Shown here piece after piece: positions 19,866-29,789 of a DNA stretch of 64,000 nt. The DNA comes from an uncultured Acidobacteriota bacterium (GTDB lineage Bacteria; Acidobacteriota; Vicinamibacteria; Vicinamibacterales; SCN-69-37). A program made the position numbers and the translations under genes. The DNA lies in the NCBI GenBank assembly GCA_963724955.1, contig CAVRWQ010000007.1, positions 241,505 through 305,504 of the forward strand, given 5' to 3'. The notes beneath the pieces are model-generated. The model was not told where the DNA came from, did not search any database, and was given only the letters and a program-made list of their open reading frames with translations. Every line of letters begins with the position of its first letter. Positions within the stretch are counted from its first letter, which is position 1.

Positions 19866-22458
19866 CTATTGCGCGTTGAGCGCGGCCGCCGGCGCGCCGG
19901 CCGCTGCTCGCTGTGCCGGCCACCAGGCGGCGATGAGTCCAGTCGCGACGAGCAGGGTGCACGCCGCGGCCCAGGTGAGGACGTCGAAACGCTCGACGCC
20001 GAAGATGTACGTGCGCAACAACTGCGACAGGACCGCGCCGCCGGCCAGGCCAAGCGCCATCCCGGCGCCGAGCAGGACGGCGCCCTCCCGAAGAAACATC
20101 CGCACGATCTTCCGGCCCGTGGCGCCCAACGCCACGCGAATCGCGACTTCGTGGTGACGTTGCTGCACGGTATAGGCAGTGACGCCGTAGATGCCCAGCA
20201 TCGCGAGGAACAGGGCGGCGACGGCAAACCCCGACAGCAGGAGTGTGACGAACTTCGTCCCTGCCAGCCGCTCATCGTCGCCGGCGACCAGACGCGGTTC
20301 GTTGATCACGGCCTCCGGATCGAGACCAGCGGCGACTGACCGGAGGTCCTGGATCAGCAACGGCTGCAGCCGACTCGTCCGAAGGTAGAACGTGCCGAAT
20401 CGCCCATCGGGAATCCTCGGCGTGTAGAAATCGGCGCGCTCCGGGTCGTCGTACGCCTGCCGCACATCGGCGGCGATGCCGACGACGGTGCGCCACGGAC
20501 CAGCGGCCGGTCCTGCCGGTGTCGGTTCGATGCTGCGTACGGACTGGCCGAGCGCCGGACCCTGCGGCCAGAGGCGCGCGGCCAGCGTCTCGCTGATCAC
20601 GGCGACGGGCGCCTGCGCCGACAGATCCTCGCTGGTGAACTCGCGGCCCTGTCGAATCGCGATTCCGAACACGGAGAAATAGTCTGCGCTGACGCTAATA
20701 CCGCCCGCCTTCGCGCTTCGCGCTTCGGCGGGGGCTTCGGCGGGCTGCCGCTGTCTCGACGTCCACAGTCGGCGCCAGAGCGAAGGGCGGCCAACTGCTG
20801 AAAGCGACCTTCGCTCCTGTCGAAGAGGACACGCGCGAGGCGAACTGCTCGTGGAAGCGGCGGAACGCGTTGGCCTCGGGGTAGTTCCTGGTGCGAAGCA
20901 TGATGCGAGACGTTCGCAAGCCGCCTGGATCGAATCCCAGATCGGTGTCGAACATCTGCGCGACGCTGCGGACCATGAGGCCGCAGCCGACGAGCAGCAC
21001 CAGCGAGCCGGCCACCTCGAATGCGATCAACGAGTGACGGACGCGCCGCATCGACAGGCCGTCGCTCGCGCCACGTCCGGACTGGCGCAAGGCTGTCAGC
21101 AGCGTCCGCCCCCACGACATCAGCGGCGCCAGCGACATCGCGAGCGCGATCGCAATGCCGGCGGCGCCGGCCGTCAGGATGACGGTCGTGTCCATCGCGA
21201 TGCCGGCCGCGCCCGGAGCGGGCCGGCCGAGCTGCGTTTCGATTGAAGGCGACAACGCGGCCAGCACGAACCTGGTCAACGCGAGTCCGGCGGCGACCGC
21301 AATCACGGTGACGATCGACGACTCGACCAGCAGCATCCGCGCGAGGTCGCGGCGGCTCGAGCCGAGCGCCAGCCGCACGGCGACCTCCGTCTGCCGCCGC
21401 ATCGCACGAAGCAGCATCAGGACCGCGACGTTTGCGCAGACGATCACCAGCACCAGGACGACCGCGATCGTGACGCCCACGAGCACTGGACGCAGGTGTC
21501 CGACGTAGCGCTCGTGCGCGGACTCCAGGCGGACGCCCGGCCAGTCGCCTGGAATCGGCGACGTCGCCACCTGACGTGCGGCTTCGGTGATGCGCTGCTC
21601 GGCCAACGCCGGTGACACACCCGGCCCGAGCCGCACCATGTACGCGCGAACCGGCGACGGCTCGGGCAGCAGCAGATCGACGGTGGCCCGGCTGTCGCGC
21701 CCGAAGTAGAAACCGGGCGTGAGGACGCCGGCGATGCGAAATGTCTCGGGCGATCCCGGACGCGATTCTGCTTCGCCACTGACCAGACGGCCGACGATGC
21801 CCGGGTCGGACCCGAAGCGGTCGCGCCAGAGCGCGTGTCCGACGAGCGCGACGCGCTCCGCACCAGCGCGGAAGTCGTCCTCCATCAGGCTTCGTCCGCG
21901 CGTGACTCCCACACCGAGTCCGGCGACAAAGCCCGGCCTCGCTCGCAGGACCCGCGCAGACGTCGTGCTGCCGCCTTCCGTCAGCGTCAACGTGTCGCCG
22001 CCGGCTGCGATGGCGTGCTCGACGACGTCGTTGAGCGACGTCCAGTCGAGCGCGGTCATGCCGCGCGGCTCCCACGGGCCAGGCGGCGCGTACATCACGT
22101 GATACAGCCGCCCGGCGTCCGGATACGGCAGCGATCGGATCAGATACGCGTTGACGACGGAGATGGTGGACGAGGCGAGGGCTACGCCCAGTGCGAGCGA
22201 TGCGATCGTCACCAGCGTGAAGGCCGGCGTCCTGAGGAGTCCGCGGATCGCGAAACGCACGTCGCGGACGATCGCATCGAGCCACTGCCATCCCCACACG
22301 TCGCTGGAAGCTTCACGAAGCTGCAGCGTGGGCCCGAACCGCCGAGGCTCGTCCATCATCGCGCGATGCGCCTCCATCTCCTGCTGCAGCGCCGCCTCGT
22401 TCCGCCGGCGGTTGAGCAGGTAGGCGATCCGGCGGATCCATTCGGCCAGCTGTCTCAT
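19866..22458 (-). CDS. Acidobacterial duplicated orphan ABC permease (ADOP, MacB/FtsX-like), one frameshift at ~20745
   Basis: DVRFAIRGLLRTPAF, IVCANVA, EVAVRLALG, DLGFDP, GIYGV...EVAIRVALGA and PAQRAA. Confidence 0.92.
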
Positions 22459-22488
22459 TGGGGTTCGTCAGTGACTCGCGCATCACGG

Positions 22489-22818
22489 TCAGGCGGTGTC
22501 GAGCACCGCGTCGATGGCGGCCGTGACCCGCTGGTAGTTCGCGCGCTCGCGCTCGAGCTGCTGCCGGCCGCTCGGCGTCAGCCGGTACTCGCGCACCGCC
22601 CGGCCGGTCTCGGACACCGCCGGCGCGGCCTTGACCCATCCCTTGAGGAGGAGCTTCTGCAACGCGGGATACAGGGATCCCTCCTCGACGCTCAGTTCTT
22701 CGCGCGAGAGGGCATGGATGCGCTGGGCGATCGCGTAGCCGTGGAGCGGCTGCGCGGCGAGGACGCGGAGGATGAGCATGATCAGCGTGCCCGGCGGCAG
22801 ACCGTCGTCACGAGGCAT
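22489..22818 (-). CDS. PadR-family regulator (acidobacterial type)
   Basis: GTLIMLIL...LHGYAIAQRI...VEEGSLYPAL...YRLT, directly upstream of the ADOP gene. Confidence 0.95.
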   Translation of the reverse strand: MPRDDGLPPGTLIMLILRVLAAQPLHGYAIAQRIHALSREELSVEEGSLYPALQKLLLKGWVKAAPAVSETGRAVREYRLTPSGRQQLERERANYQRVTAAIDAVLDTA

Positions 22819-22833
22819 AGTTTAACTATGCCT
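22813..22833. promoter_or_regulatory. Probable PadR operator
   Basis: Perfect palindrome AGGCATAGTT-T-AACTATGCCT overlapping the padR start codon. Confidence 0.7.
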
Positions 22834-22916
22834 AGTCTCTCCCAGGAGAGCGTCGCGTGTCAATTCGCGTGCGGAGGAGTGCGGCGTGCGAGGGAGTGCG
22901 GGTGCGAAGGGGCGCG

Positions 22917-24210
22917 TCATTTGATCGAGATCAACGCGTCGGCCAGTCGATCGAGATCATCACGCCGTCGAGTAGACGTAGGCCGAGGCCCGGGCCGCCG
23001 CGGCCACACCGAATCGCTTCAGGAGCGGCAGCGCGGCCATGTCGCCCGCCCGGACGGCGATCCCCTGCTGATCGAGGAACTTCGCGATCGCCGCCGGTGA
23101 CTGCCCTTCCATCACGAACGTGAACACGGGGATCCGGTTCTCTACCCTCCTGGGACCAATCAGCCGCAATCGAGGAATCTCGTCGAGGCGCGCGAGACCG
23201 TAACGCACGAGATCCTCGTCGTGCTTCCACAGCGCGTCCCGCCCCAGGGCGTCGATGAACGACACGGCCGCCGCGAGGCCGACGGGCCCGGCGACATCCG
23301 GCGTGCCGGCCTGGAACTTCTGCGCGCCATGCTCGAGCGTCGCCCGCTCGAAGTCCACGTCATGTGCCATGTTGCTGCCCACGTGGTACGGAGGCATCGC
23401 TTCCAGAAGTTCCTGCCGGCCCCAGACGATACCGGTCGCCATCGGTCCGAGCATCTTGTGGCCCGAGAACACGTAGAAATCACATCCGAGGTCCTGAACG
23501 TCGATGGCGACGTGCGGCGCGGCCTGCGCGCCGTCGATCAGCACGCGAGCCCCCGCCTGTCGCGCCATCGCGCACATCTCTTTGGCGGGGTTGATGAATC
23601 CGAGGACGTTGGACACGTGGCTGAAGGCGACGAGTCGCGTCCGCGATGACAGCATCCGCTGGAGCTCGTCCAGTCGCGGTCTTCCGTCATCGTCGACGCT
23701 CAGGATACGGACCGCGGCGCCGGCGGTCCGAGCCGCGCGAGTCCACGGCATCACGTTCGAGTTGTGCTCGGCGACCGTCAGGACGATCTCGTCACCGGCC
23801 CGCACGTTGGCGGCGGCCCAGGTGCTCGCCACGAGGTTGATGCCTTCGGTCGTCCCCCGTACGAACACGACTTCACTCGGCCTGGCTGCGTTGATGAATC
23901 GGGCGATGGTCTGGCGTGCCGCGCTCAGCCGCTGGGCGGCGCGGCTGGCCAGCATGTGCACCGGCGACGGATTCGCGTTGTCCGTCGAGTAGAAATCGAC
24001 GAGCGCGTCGATCACCGACTGGGGACGAAGCGTCGTGGCGGCGCTGTCGAGATAGGTCAGCGGATGGCCGTTGACGCGCTGGCGCAGCGCCGGAAAAGCC
24101 GTCGTCCAGGCTTCAGATGCGGACCGTTCCAGTTTGGACGGATTCTGGCTGACGACGACCGCGCCGCCGGCAGCGCATGTCGAGAGGAACCGCCGTCGAG
24201 TGCAATGCAT
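22917..24210 (-). CDS. SufS-like class V PLP enzyme with Tat signal, lacking the catalytic Cys (frameshift in the last ~15 codons)
   Basis: TRRRFL signal, YLDSAATT, EHNSN, DGAQ and SGHKMLGP (PLP Lys). RAGDMAA replaces RxGHHCA. Confidence 0.88.
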
Positions 24211-24238
24211 GTGATCTCCTCCACCGCGCTCGCGCCCG

Positions 24239-25336
24239 TCACCGATGACGACCCTTCTTCGACGTTCTGCGTGAGGCGAGGACGCGGGGCCCCGCCGGGC
24301 GCGCTGACCGTTCGAACGCGCGATAGAGCGACTCGAACAGCGCCATCCCGTGGGTCAGCAGCGTGTCATCGTCGTCATGCGCGAGCTGGAGGCCGTCGAT
24401 GAGGCTTCCCACGGTCGCGGCCTCGGGCGCGCCGTAGCGCGCATCCTTGAGATCGAGGTCGTGGACGATCGCGGCCAGCCGTGCGACCGGGGTTGAATGA
24501 ATGCCAAACACCGTGCACAAGGTCTCGAACGTGCACCCCTCGCCCTGATGCGTGAGCTCGACGCCGAACATGTCGAAAGGCACCGCGTCCGGCGGTACCT
24601 GTGCGCGATCGCTCGCAAAGCCAAAGCGCGCGTCAGCGTCGATGAACCGCCGAATCAGCCAGGCTGACGCCATGCGATCGACGCCGGGCCGCGGCCGCGT
24701 CACCCACAACCGCGCCTTGAACGATGCCGGGGCGTCCTTCGCGGATGCCGGCCGGGCGCGCTGCCCTGAGCCGCGGCCACGCTCCTCGATCCGCCGCAGC
24801 AGCTCGACGACACGATCGCGGCCGGCGCTGCCGAAAAAGTCGATCTGCTCGGCTGCGCTGAGACGCTCCGTCAGTTGCTGTGCGTCGCGCCGGGACGGCG
24901 TGCGCTTCGTCGAACGGCGGCCGGCGGTCAGGCCCTGCAGGATTCGCTCGGCTTCGCGCGCGAGCTCTGCGTAGGTCTCTTCTCGCGTGCGTCGAAACTC
25001 CTCGACGAGCGCGTCATGGGCCCACGTGTCGACCGTCTCGGCGACGAAGACGCTCGCCTGGCCACCCGCGCCCTCGATTTCCGTCTTGAGCCACTCGAAG
25101 TCCTCGCGCGCGTTCGCAGAATCCGGCAGCGCGTACACGGCCTGCTTCACGGCGAGCGCGCCGATCTGCTGCAGCCGGCGCCAGGTGCGGACGCGGAGGT
25201 TGGACGGGTGGGACGGCAGTTGATGAACGAGGAGCAGCCAGCCCCGCGCTTTCGACCCCGGGCGCGGCCCGGGTTTGGGTTCCGGCAGGGCGACTGCCGG
25301 TGCGCGCCGCGCGGGTTGCCGGGTCATCGTGTTCAT
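24239..25336 (-). CDS. chrB: Chromate-resistance regulator ChrB (ChrB_N plus ChrB_C domains)
   Basis: WLLLVHQLP...RVRTWRRL, IDFF, WVTRPRPGVDRMASAWLIRRFID, PFD and CTFE. Confidence 0.9.
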   Translation of the reverse strand: MNTMTRQPARRAPAVALPEPKPGPRPGSKARGWLLLVHQLPSHPSNLRVRTWRRLQQIGALAVKQAVYALPDSANAREDFEWLKTEIEGAGGQASVFVAETVDTWAHDALVEEFRRTREETYAELAREAERILQGLTAGRRSTKRTPSRRDAQQLTERLSAAEQIDFFGSAGRDRVVELLRRIEERGRGSGQRARPASAKDAPASFKARLWVTRPRPGVDRMASAWLIRRFIDADARFGFASDRAQVPPDAVPFDMFGVELTHQGEGCTFETLCTVFGIHSTPVARLAAIVHDLDLKDARYGAPEAATVGSLIDGLQLAHDDDDTLLTHGMALFESLYRAFERSARPAGPRVLASRRTSKKGRHR

Positions 25337-25358
25337 TGTAACAGATGTTACAGTGAAC
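25331..25358. promoter_or_regulatory. Probable ChrB operator
   Basis: AT-rich inverted repeat GTTCA-T-TGTAACA-GA-TGTTACA-G-TGAAC overlapping the chrB ATG. Confidence 0.75.
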
Positions 25359-25375
25359 TGTCATTCCGTTTCAGG

Positions 25376-25561
25376 CTACCGCCAGATCGGCCCGCCGTAG
25401 ATCGTGCCCGGGCCCCAGGGGCCGTAGCCCTGATAGCCGCCGTAGGGGTACCCGACACTGACACCGACGCCGACGGTCGTGCCCTCACAGCTGCTGGTCA
25501 ACGCCGCGGCGGCAGCAATCAGAATCACCGCCAACAGACGACCGATGAATCGCGATCTCAT
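25376..25561 (-). CDS. Small Gly/Tyr/Pro-rich lipoprotein
   Basis: Lipobox-like LTSSC after a hydrophobic stretch, with a GVGVSVGYPYGG tail. Confidence 0.7.
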   Translation of the reverse strand: MRSRFIGRLLAVILIAAAAALTSSCEGTTVGVGVSVGYPYGGYQGYGPWGPGTIYGGPIWR

Positions 25562-25570
25562 CTCTGGCTC

Positions 25571-26425
25571 CTAGAAAGGAAACTTCTGAAGCGCGATGAT
25601 CGCGCCCGAGGGATCGGTGACGACGGCCACGCTCCCTTTACGAATCTCGGCGCGCGGCTCGAGCAGCACCGTGCCGCCGCGCGATCGCGCTCGCGCGGCC
25701 ATGACCGCCGGGTCGGACACGAGCAGGTACGGCAGCCAGGTCGGCCGCATCTCCGGCTTGGGCGCCGGCAGGATGCCCGCACGCGCACGTCCACGTGACA
25801 GGACGACGTACTCGCCCCCGCCCGATCGCTCCGTCACCTCTCGTTGATAGCCAAACGTACTGGTGTAGAACGTCGACGCGGCCGCCGCGTCGCGCGCGAG
25901 GTATCCATCCAGAAGAATCGGCCTTCGGTCGGCGCCACCTCGTCGGGGGGATCGCCGCCGCTCAGCCGCAGCACACCAAAGGGCGCGCCCTGTGGATCGC
26001 TCACCACCGCGGCGCGGCCTGCCGACTCGACGTCCACAGGAGCGACCAGGGTGCGGCCGCCTGCCTTTTCAACGGCGGCCACTGCCGCGTCGACACTGGC
26101 CACCGACTGATAGCCAATCCACTGCGATACTTCCTGGCCGGCGATCGCATCAACCGCGACCAGACCGGCCACCGGACGGCCCTGATGGCGCGCGATGACG
26201 TACGGCCGTCCCAGGCGCGTGGCGTCGGTAAACGTCCATCCGAACAGCTCCCCGTAGAAGCTCCGGGCCGCCGCGAGATCGTCCGTGACCAGGTCGTGCC
26301 ACACGAACTTGCCGAGCGTGTCAGCCGCGACGGCGCCTGGCGTTGCGACCGGCGCGCGTCGCGCTTGGAGTGCACGCGGCGGCCAGCATCAAGCCGGCTG
26401 CGAGAACAGAGGCGATCGATCGCAC
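25571..26425 (-). CDS. VOC/glyoxalase-family two-domain lipoprotein (frameshifted)
   Basis: GGAGG then GTG at 26425, LAAAC lipobox, GKFVWHDLVTDD...FYGELFGW, DPQGA, WLPY and DPSGA. Confidence 0.85.
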
Positions 26426-26604
26426 GGGTCTACCCTCCAACGTGGGCGCCACGAAATGTCGCGGGTTCGCTGAACCTGACGCCCGGAATCTGCACTTCGC
26501 GCAATGCGATCCACAAACAAAGCAAGTCCAGTACCTGAGTCCGCCGTCGCCGGCGGAAGGGTGTATAACTCCGTCAGTCGCATCACAAACAGGAGACGTC
26601 GCCG

Positions 26605-27009
26605 ATGAATGCCAACCGCTTTCTGGCCGCGGGGTTTGTCAGCCTGGGCCTTCTCGTCGGTTCGATTGCGGGGCTGAGCACGAGCGAGCTGACCACGACG
26701 CTCCTGGCACTCCTCTTCGCCATGGTGGGCGGGTCCGTCATCGCATTCATCAAGGGGCTGGATGACGACTCGAGGCGCGCCGCCGGCCTCGCGTTGGCGG
26801 CGTTCTCCATCGCGGCGACGGTCGGCGTGTATGCAGGCCTGACCGTTCGGCTCAACGACGTGCTGCGGCGTGGACCGGCACGTGCCGAAACCGCGGCGAC
26901 GACGGAGTATCTCCGGGCGAACGAGGCGCCGCTCATCGCGTTTCTTCAGGCGCAGGTGACGCGCGGTGAATTGCCGCTCGTCGACGCCTGTCGTCAGATT
27001 CCGAAATGA
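26605..27009 (+). CDS. Small membrane protein with ~3 TM helices
   Basis: AGGAG RBS, three hydrophobic segments and an ATGA overlap with the protease gene. Confidence 0.7.
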   Translation: MNANRFLAAGFVSLGLLVGSIAGLSTSELTTTLLALLFAMVGGSVIAFIKGLDDDSRRAAGLALAAFSIAATVGVYAGLTVRLNDVLRRGPARAETAATTEYLRANEAPLIAFLQAQVTRGELPLVDACRQIPK

Positions 27010-28891
27010 CACGACGAGTGATCCTGCTTGCCGGCGCAGCGGTGGCGTACGCCACCGCGCCGCTCCCGGCGCAGCCGCAACTGCTGGACGACGCGATCGT
27101 CCGGGTGTCGGCGATGCGGGGGCCGAACGTCGGACAAGGCACCGGCTTTTTCATATCCGCCGACGGTCTCATCGCCACCGCGTACCATGTGATTCACGGC
27201 GCTTCCCGCATCGATGTCACCGTCCGCGGCGAGACACTCGTGCCCGACGTCACAGTTGTTGCGATGCGGCCAGACGCGGACATCGCGCTGCTCAGGATTC
27301 CCGCCGAACGGAGCGCCCGGTTTTACCAGGTGCCGGCGACACCGCCCGGCGGTGTCCCGGGAGAAAAGCTGTACGTTCACGGTCACCCCCTGGGCTTTCC
27401 CAAGCAGGTGCTGACCGGCGCGCGAACACAGAAGGGCTACCTTCCTTCGCAGCAGTGGCTCGACGACGCCTCGACGCGAATCTTCGTGGTCCCGAATCTC
27501 AACCTGCTGCCGCTCGATATCACGGCCGAACCGGGTCTGAGCGGGAGTCCGGTGTTGGACGGCGCCGGGCAGGTGCTTGGCGTGTTTTCCGGCAGCCTTC
27601 AGCGCGGCCGCGGCTACGCGTGGGCGGTGCCGGTCGAGAATCTGCGCCTCGCGACGATGCAGCAGGTGGGACAGCGCGCAGCCGCCGTCCCCTGGCCGAC
27701 ATCGGTCGGATACTTGAGAGCTGGCCTGAGATTGGAGCGCAGCAGAACGGGCGCAGGCGATGAGCTCTGGCAACAATGCCGGCGGCGGGTGGACACGTTC
27801 TCGGAGGCCTCGAACCGGTACTACAGCCGCCAATTCAAGCTGGGCCGCGCCCTGAGTGTGGCCGAGCCCGCAGCCGCGTCAACGCGCAAGCAACTCACGC
27901 GATCCAACGCCACGCAGATGAAGGGCCGTGTGTTGGAAATGTGGGAATCCCTCCTGCCCGACCTGACCTGGTTCCGCACGGAAGGCCAGACCTTTCAGTC
28001 ATCGCAGGGTGACATGGTCGCCACGTGTACGGGAGAGGCGGTGCTGCGGACGCTTCCGACTCCCAGGCCACCAGCCACCTATGAAAACGTGCTGGCGAAC
28101 ACACGGTTCGGGCGGCGGATGAACGAAATCGCGGAGCGCTGGAAGCGGATTGTGGCCGATGACCGGGTTCGTCTGGAGGCGCTCGCCAATCAAGTCGGCC
28201 GGCTGTTCGACGCCAACGTCCAGATCAAGCGGCTCGATGTCGACGACTATCAGCTCACCGTCGCTGTGCTCGACCTCATCGAGGGCTGGGCGAAGATAGT
28301 AGCCGGAGCGGACAACGCGACTGTCGGCGCCAATCTCGTAGGCGCGGGCCTCTCGATGTCCGAGCTCCTCCAACATCTCTCGCTCCATGAATGGGAGACC
28401 GTCCACACGACGCACGCCTACGCGACCGCAGGCGTCAAGGTGGCGCTGACTGAAGGGTGGCTGCCGTACGACGCGAGACTCCGAGCGGCGACCATCGCGC
28501 CAGGCAGGTCCGTGGCCGAGAGTGTCCAGATCATCGCCTACAGGCTCATCGACGAGAATGTCCGGCCTCAGGCGTTCGCCCAACGTCGCGGTTGGGGATG
28601 TGGTGTCTTCTCCGACGACTGCCATCAGTGCTCAGTGAGCGATGGCAGCTGCTCGAGAGTGCCGTCGCCGACACGCTGCGCGCTTTGGGTGTGATGTCAT
28701 CTTCGTTCGATCGATCGCAGGAGACCGTGAACGGCGATCTCGTGCTCAACGGCCACGGCGTATTCCGACGCACCACCGGGAGTGAAGCAGGGATCTACGT
28801 GGCCTTGCGGTTTCGCGGCACACGCGTGGTGAGTTGGAATGTTTTCTGCTCGAGCCGCCCTGGGATCAGTTTCGGGCCTGCACGCGGTTGA
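27006..28891 (+). CDS. Secreted trypsin-like serine protease with a long helical C-terminal region (probable frameshift ~28600; called ORF ends 28694)
   Basis: GTGFFI, TAYHV (His), DIALL (Asp) and GLSGSPV (Ser), with a signal peptide. Confidence 0.8.
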
Positions 28892-28957
28892 TTAGCAGCG
28901 TCAGCTTCGATGCGATCCGATAATCGATCGGCCGCCGTTCGCCTCTTCGAACGCGCG

Positions 28958-29782
28958 TCAGAGCTTTCGATACATCACGTTGCGGAACTCGATCTTGTAC
29001 GGCGGCCCGCTGTGCATCTGGAGACCCAGCACGCCCTCAGGCGGTGCGTTGGCTGAGTCCTCGTCGATCGCCACGCTCATGAGTTGGCTGTTGATGAGCT
29101 GCATGATCACCGGTCCGCGCGCGATGATGTGATAGCGATTCCATCCCCCCACGTTCATGGCACCGCGAAGCAGCGTCGGATCGCCGATCGTCCCGATGGT
29201 CTTGTACGCCGGCCCGGCCGAGATGCGCGTGATCTGGCCGCGCGGCGAGAGGACGACGTGCCCCTCAGCGCCCGTACCACGGCCGCGTTCGTCGTGAATG
29301 TTGCCGAGGAAGCCCTGCCCGAAATCGATGTCGGCCTGGTACCCCTTCAGCACCCACTTGCCCACCGCCGGCATCTCGGCGCTCCGGTACTGAATCCCGC
29401 TGTTCGCGGCGTTCAACCGAAACTCGATCTTGAGCTCGAAGTCGCGCAGCGTGCCGCCGCGCCAGATGAGGAAGTTGTTCGCCTTGACCGGCTTCTCCGG
29501 CGTGCTCTCGCCGATGATGACGCCGTTCTCGGCCCGCCAGAAGGTCAGGTCGCCTTCCCAGCCGTTGAGCGTCTTGCCGTCGAAGATGGGAACGAACCCC
29601 GCCGCGTCGTCTGGCGTCGCCTGAGGATACAGGCCGCCACCACCGCCGCGCCCCTGCCCGGCCGGCGCAGGCGTCTGTGCCGACGGTGCTGCCGCAGTTG
29701 GAAGCGGTCGAGCAACGAAACCGCCGATGACCATCGCACAGGTCAAGGCGAGCAGCCGACGCATGGTTGACGCGGATCTCAT
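28958..29782 (-). CDS. DUF1080 (3-keto-disaccharide hydrolase-like) secreted protein
   Basis: [31 protein letters not shown] and LQMH. Confidence 0.9.
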   Translation of the reverse strand: MRSASTMRRLLALTCAMVIGGFVARPLPTAAAPSAQTPAPAGQGRGGGGGLYPQATPDDAAGFVPIFDGKTLNGWEGDLTFWRAENGVIIGESTPEKPVKANNFLIWRGGTLRDFELKIEFRLNAANSGIQYRSAEMPAVGKWVLKGYQADIDFGQGFLGNIHDERGRGTGAEGHVVLSPRGQITRISAGPAYKTIGTIGDPTLLRGAMNVGGWNRYHIIARGPVIMQLINSQLMSVAIDEDSANAPPEGVLGLQMHSGPPYKIEFRNVMYRKL

Positions 29783-29789
29783 GGTTCCC

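Noticed and set aside
22866-22915. GTGCG short repeats between the SufS-like gene and padR
   Set aside because: Irregular, short and single-locus; at most a degenerate repeat remnant.
22957-22962. TGA near the end of the SufS-like gene as selenocysteine or readthrough
   Set aside because: There are two consecutive TGAs, and the expected tail DDLDRLADAL is in another frame, so this is a simple indel.
7906-26537. Shared 11-mer TCCAGTACCTG upstream of the beta-helix gene (7906-7916, minus) and the TM/trypsin pair (26527-26537)
   Set aside because: A single short match with no second conserved box, plausible by chance.
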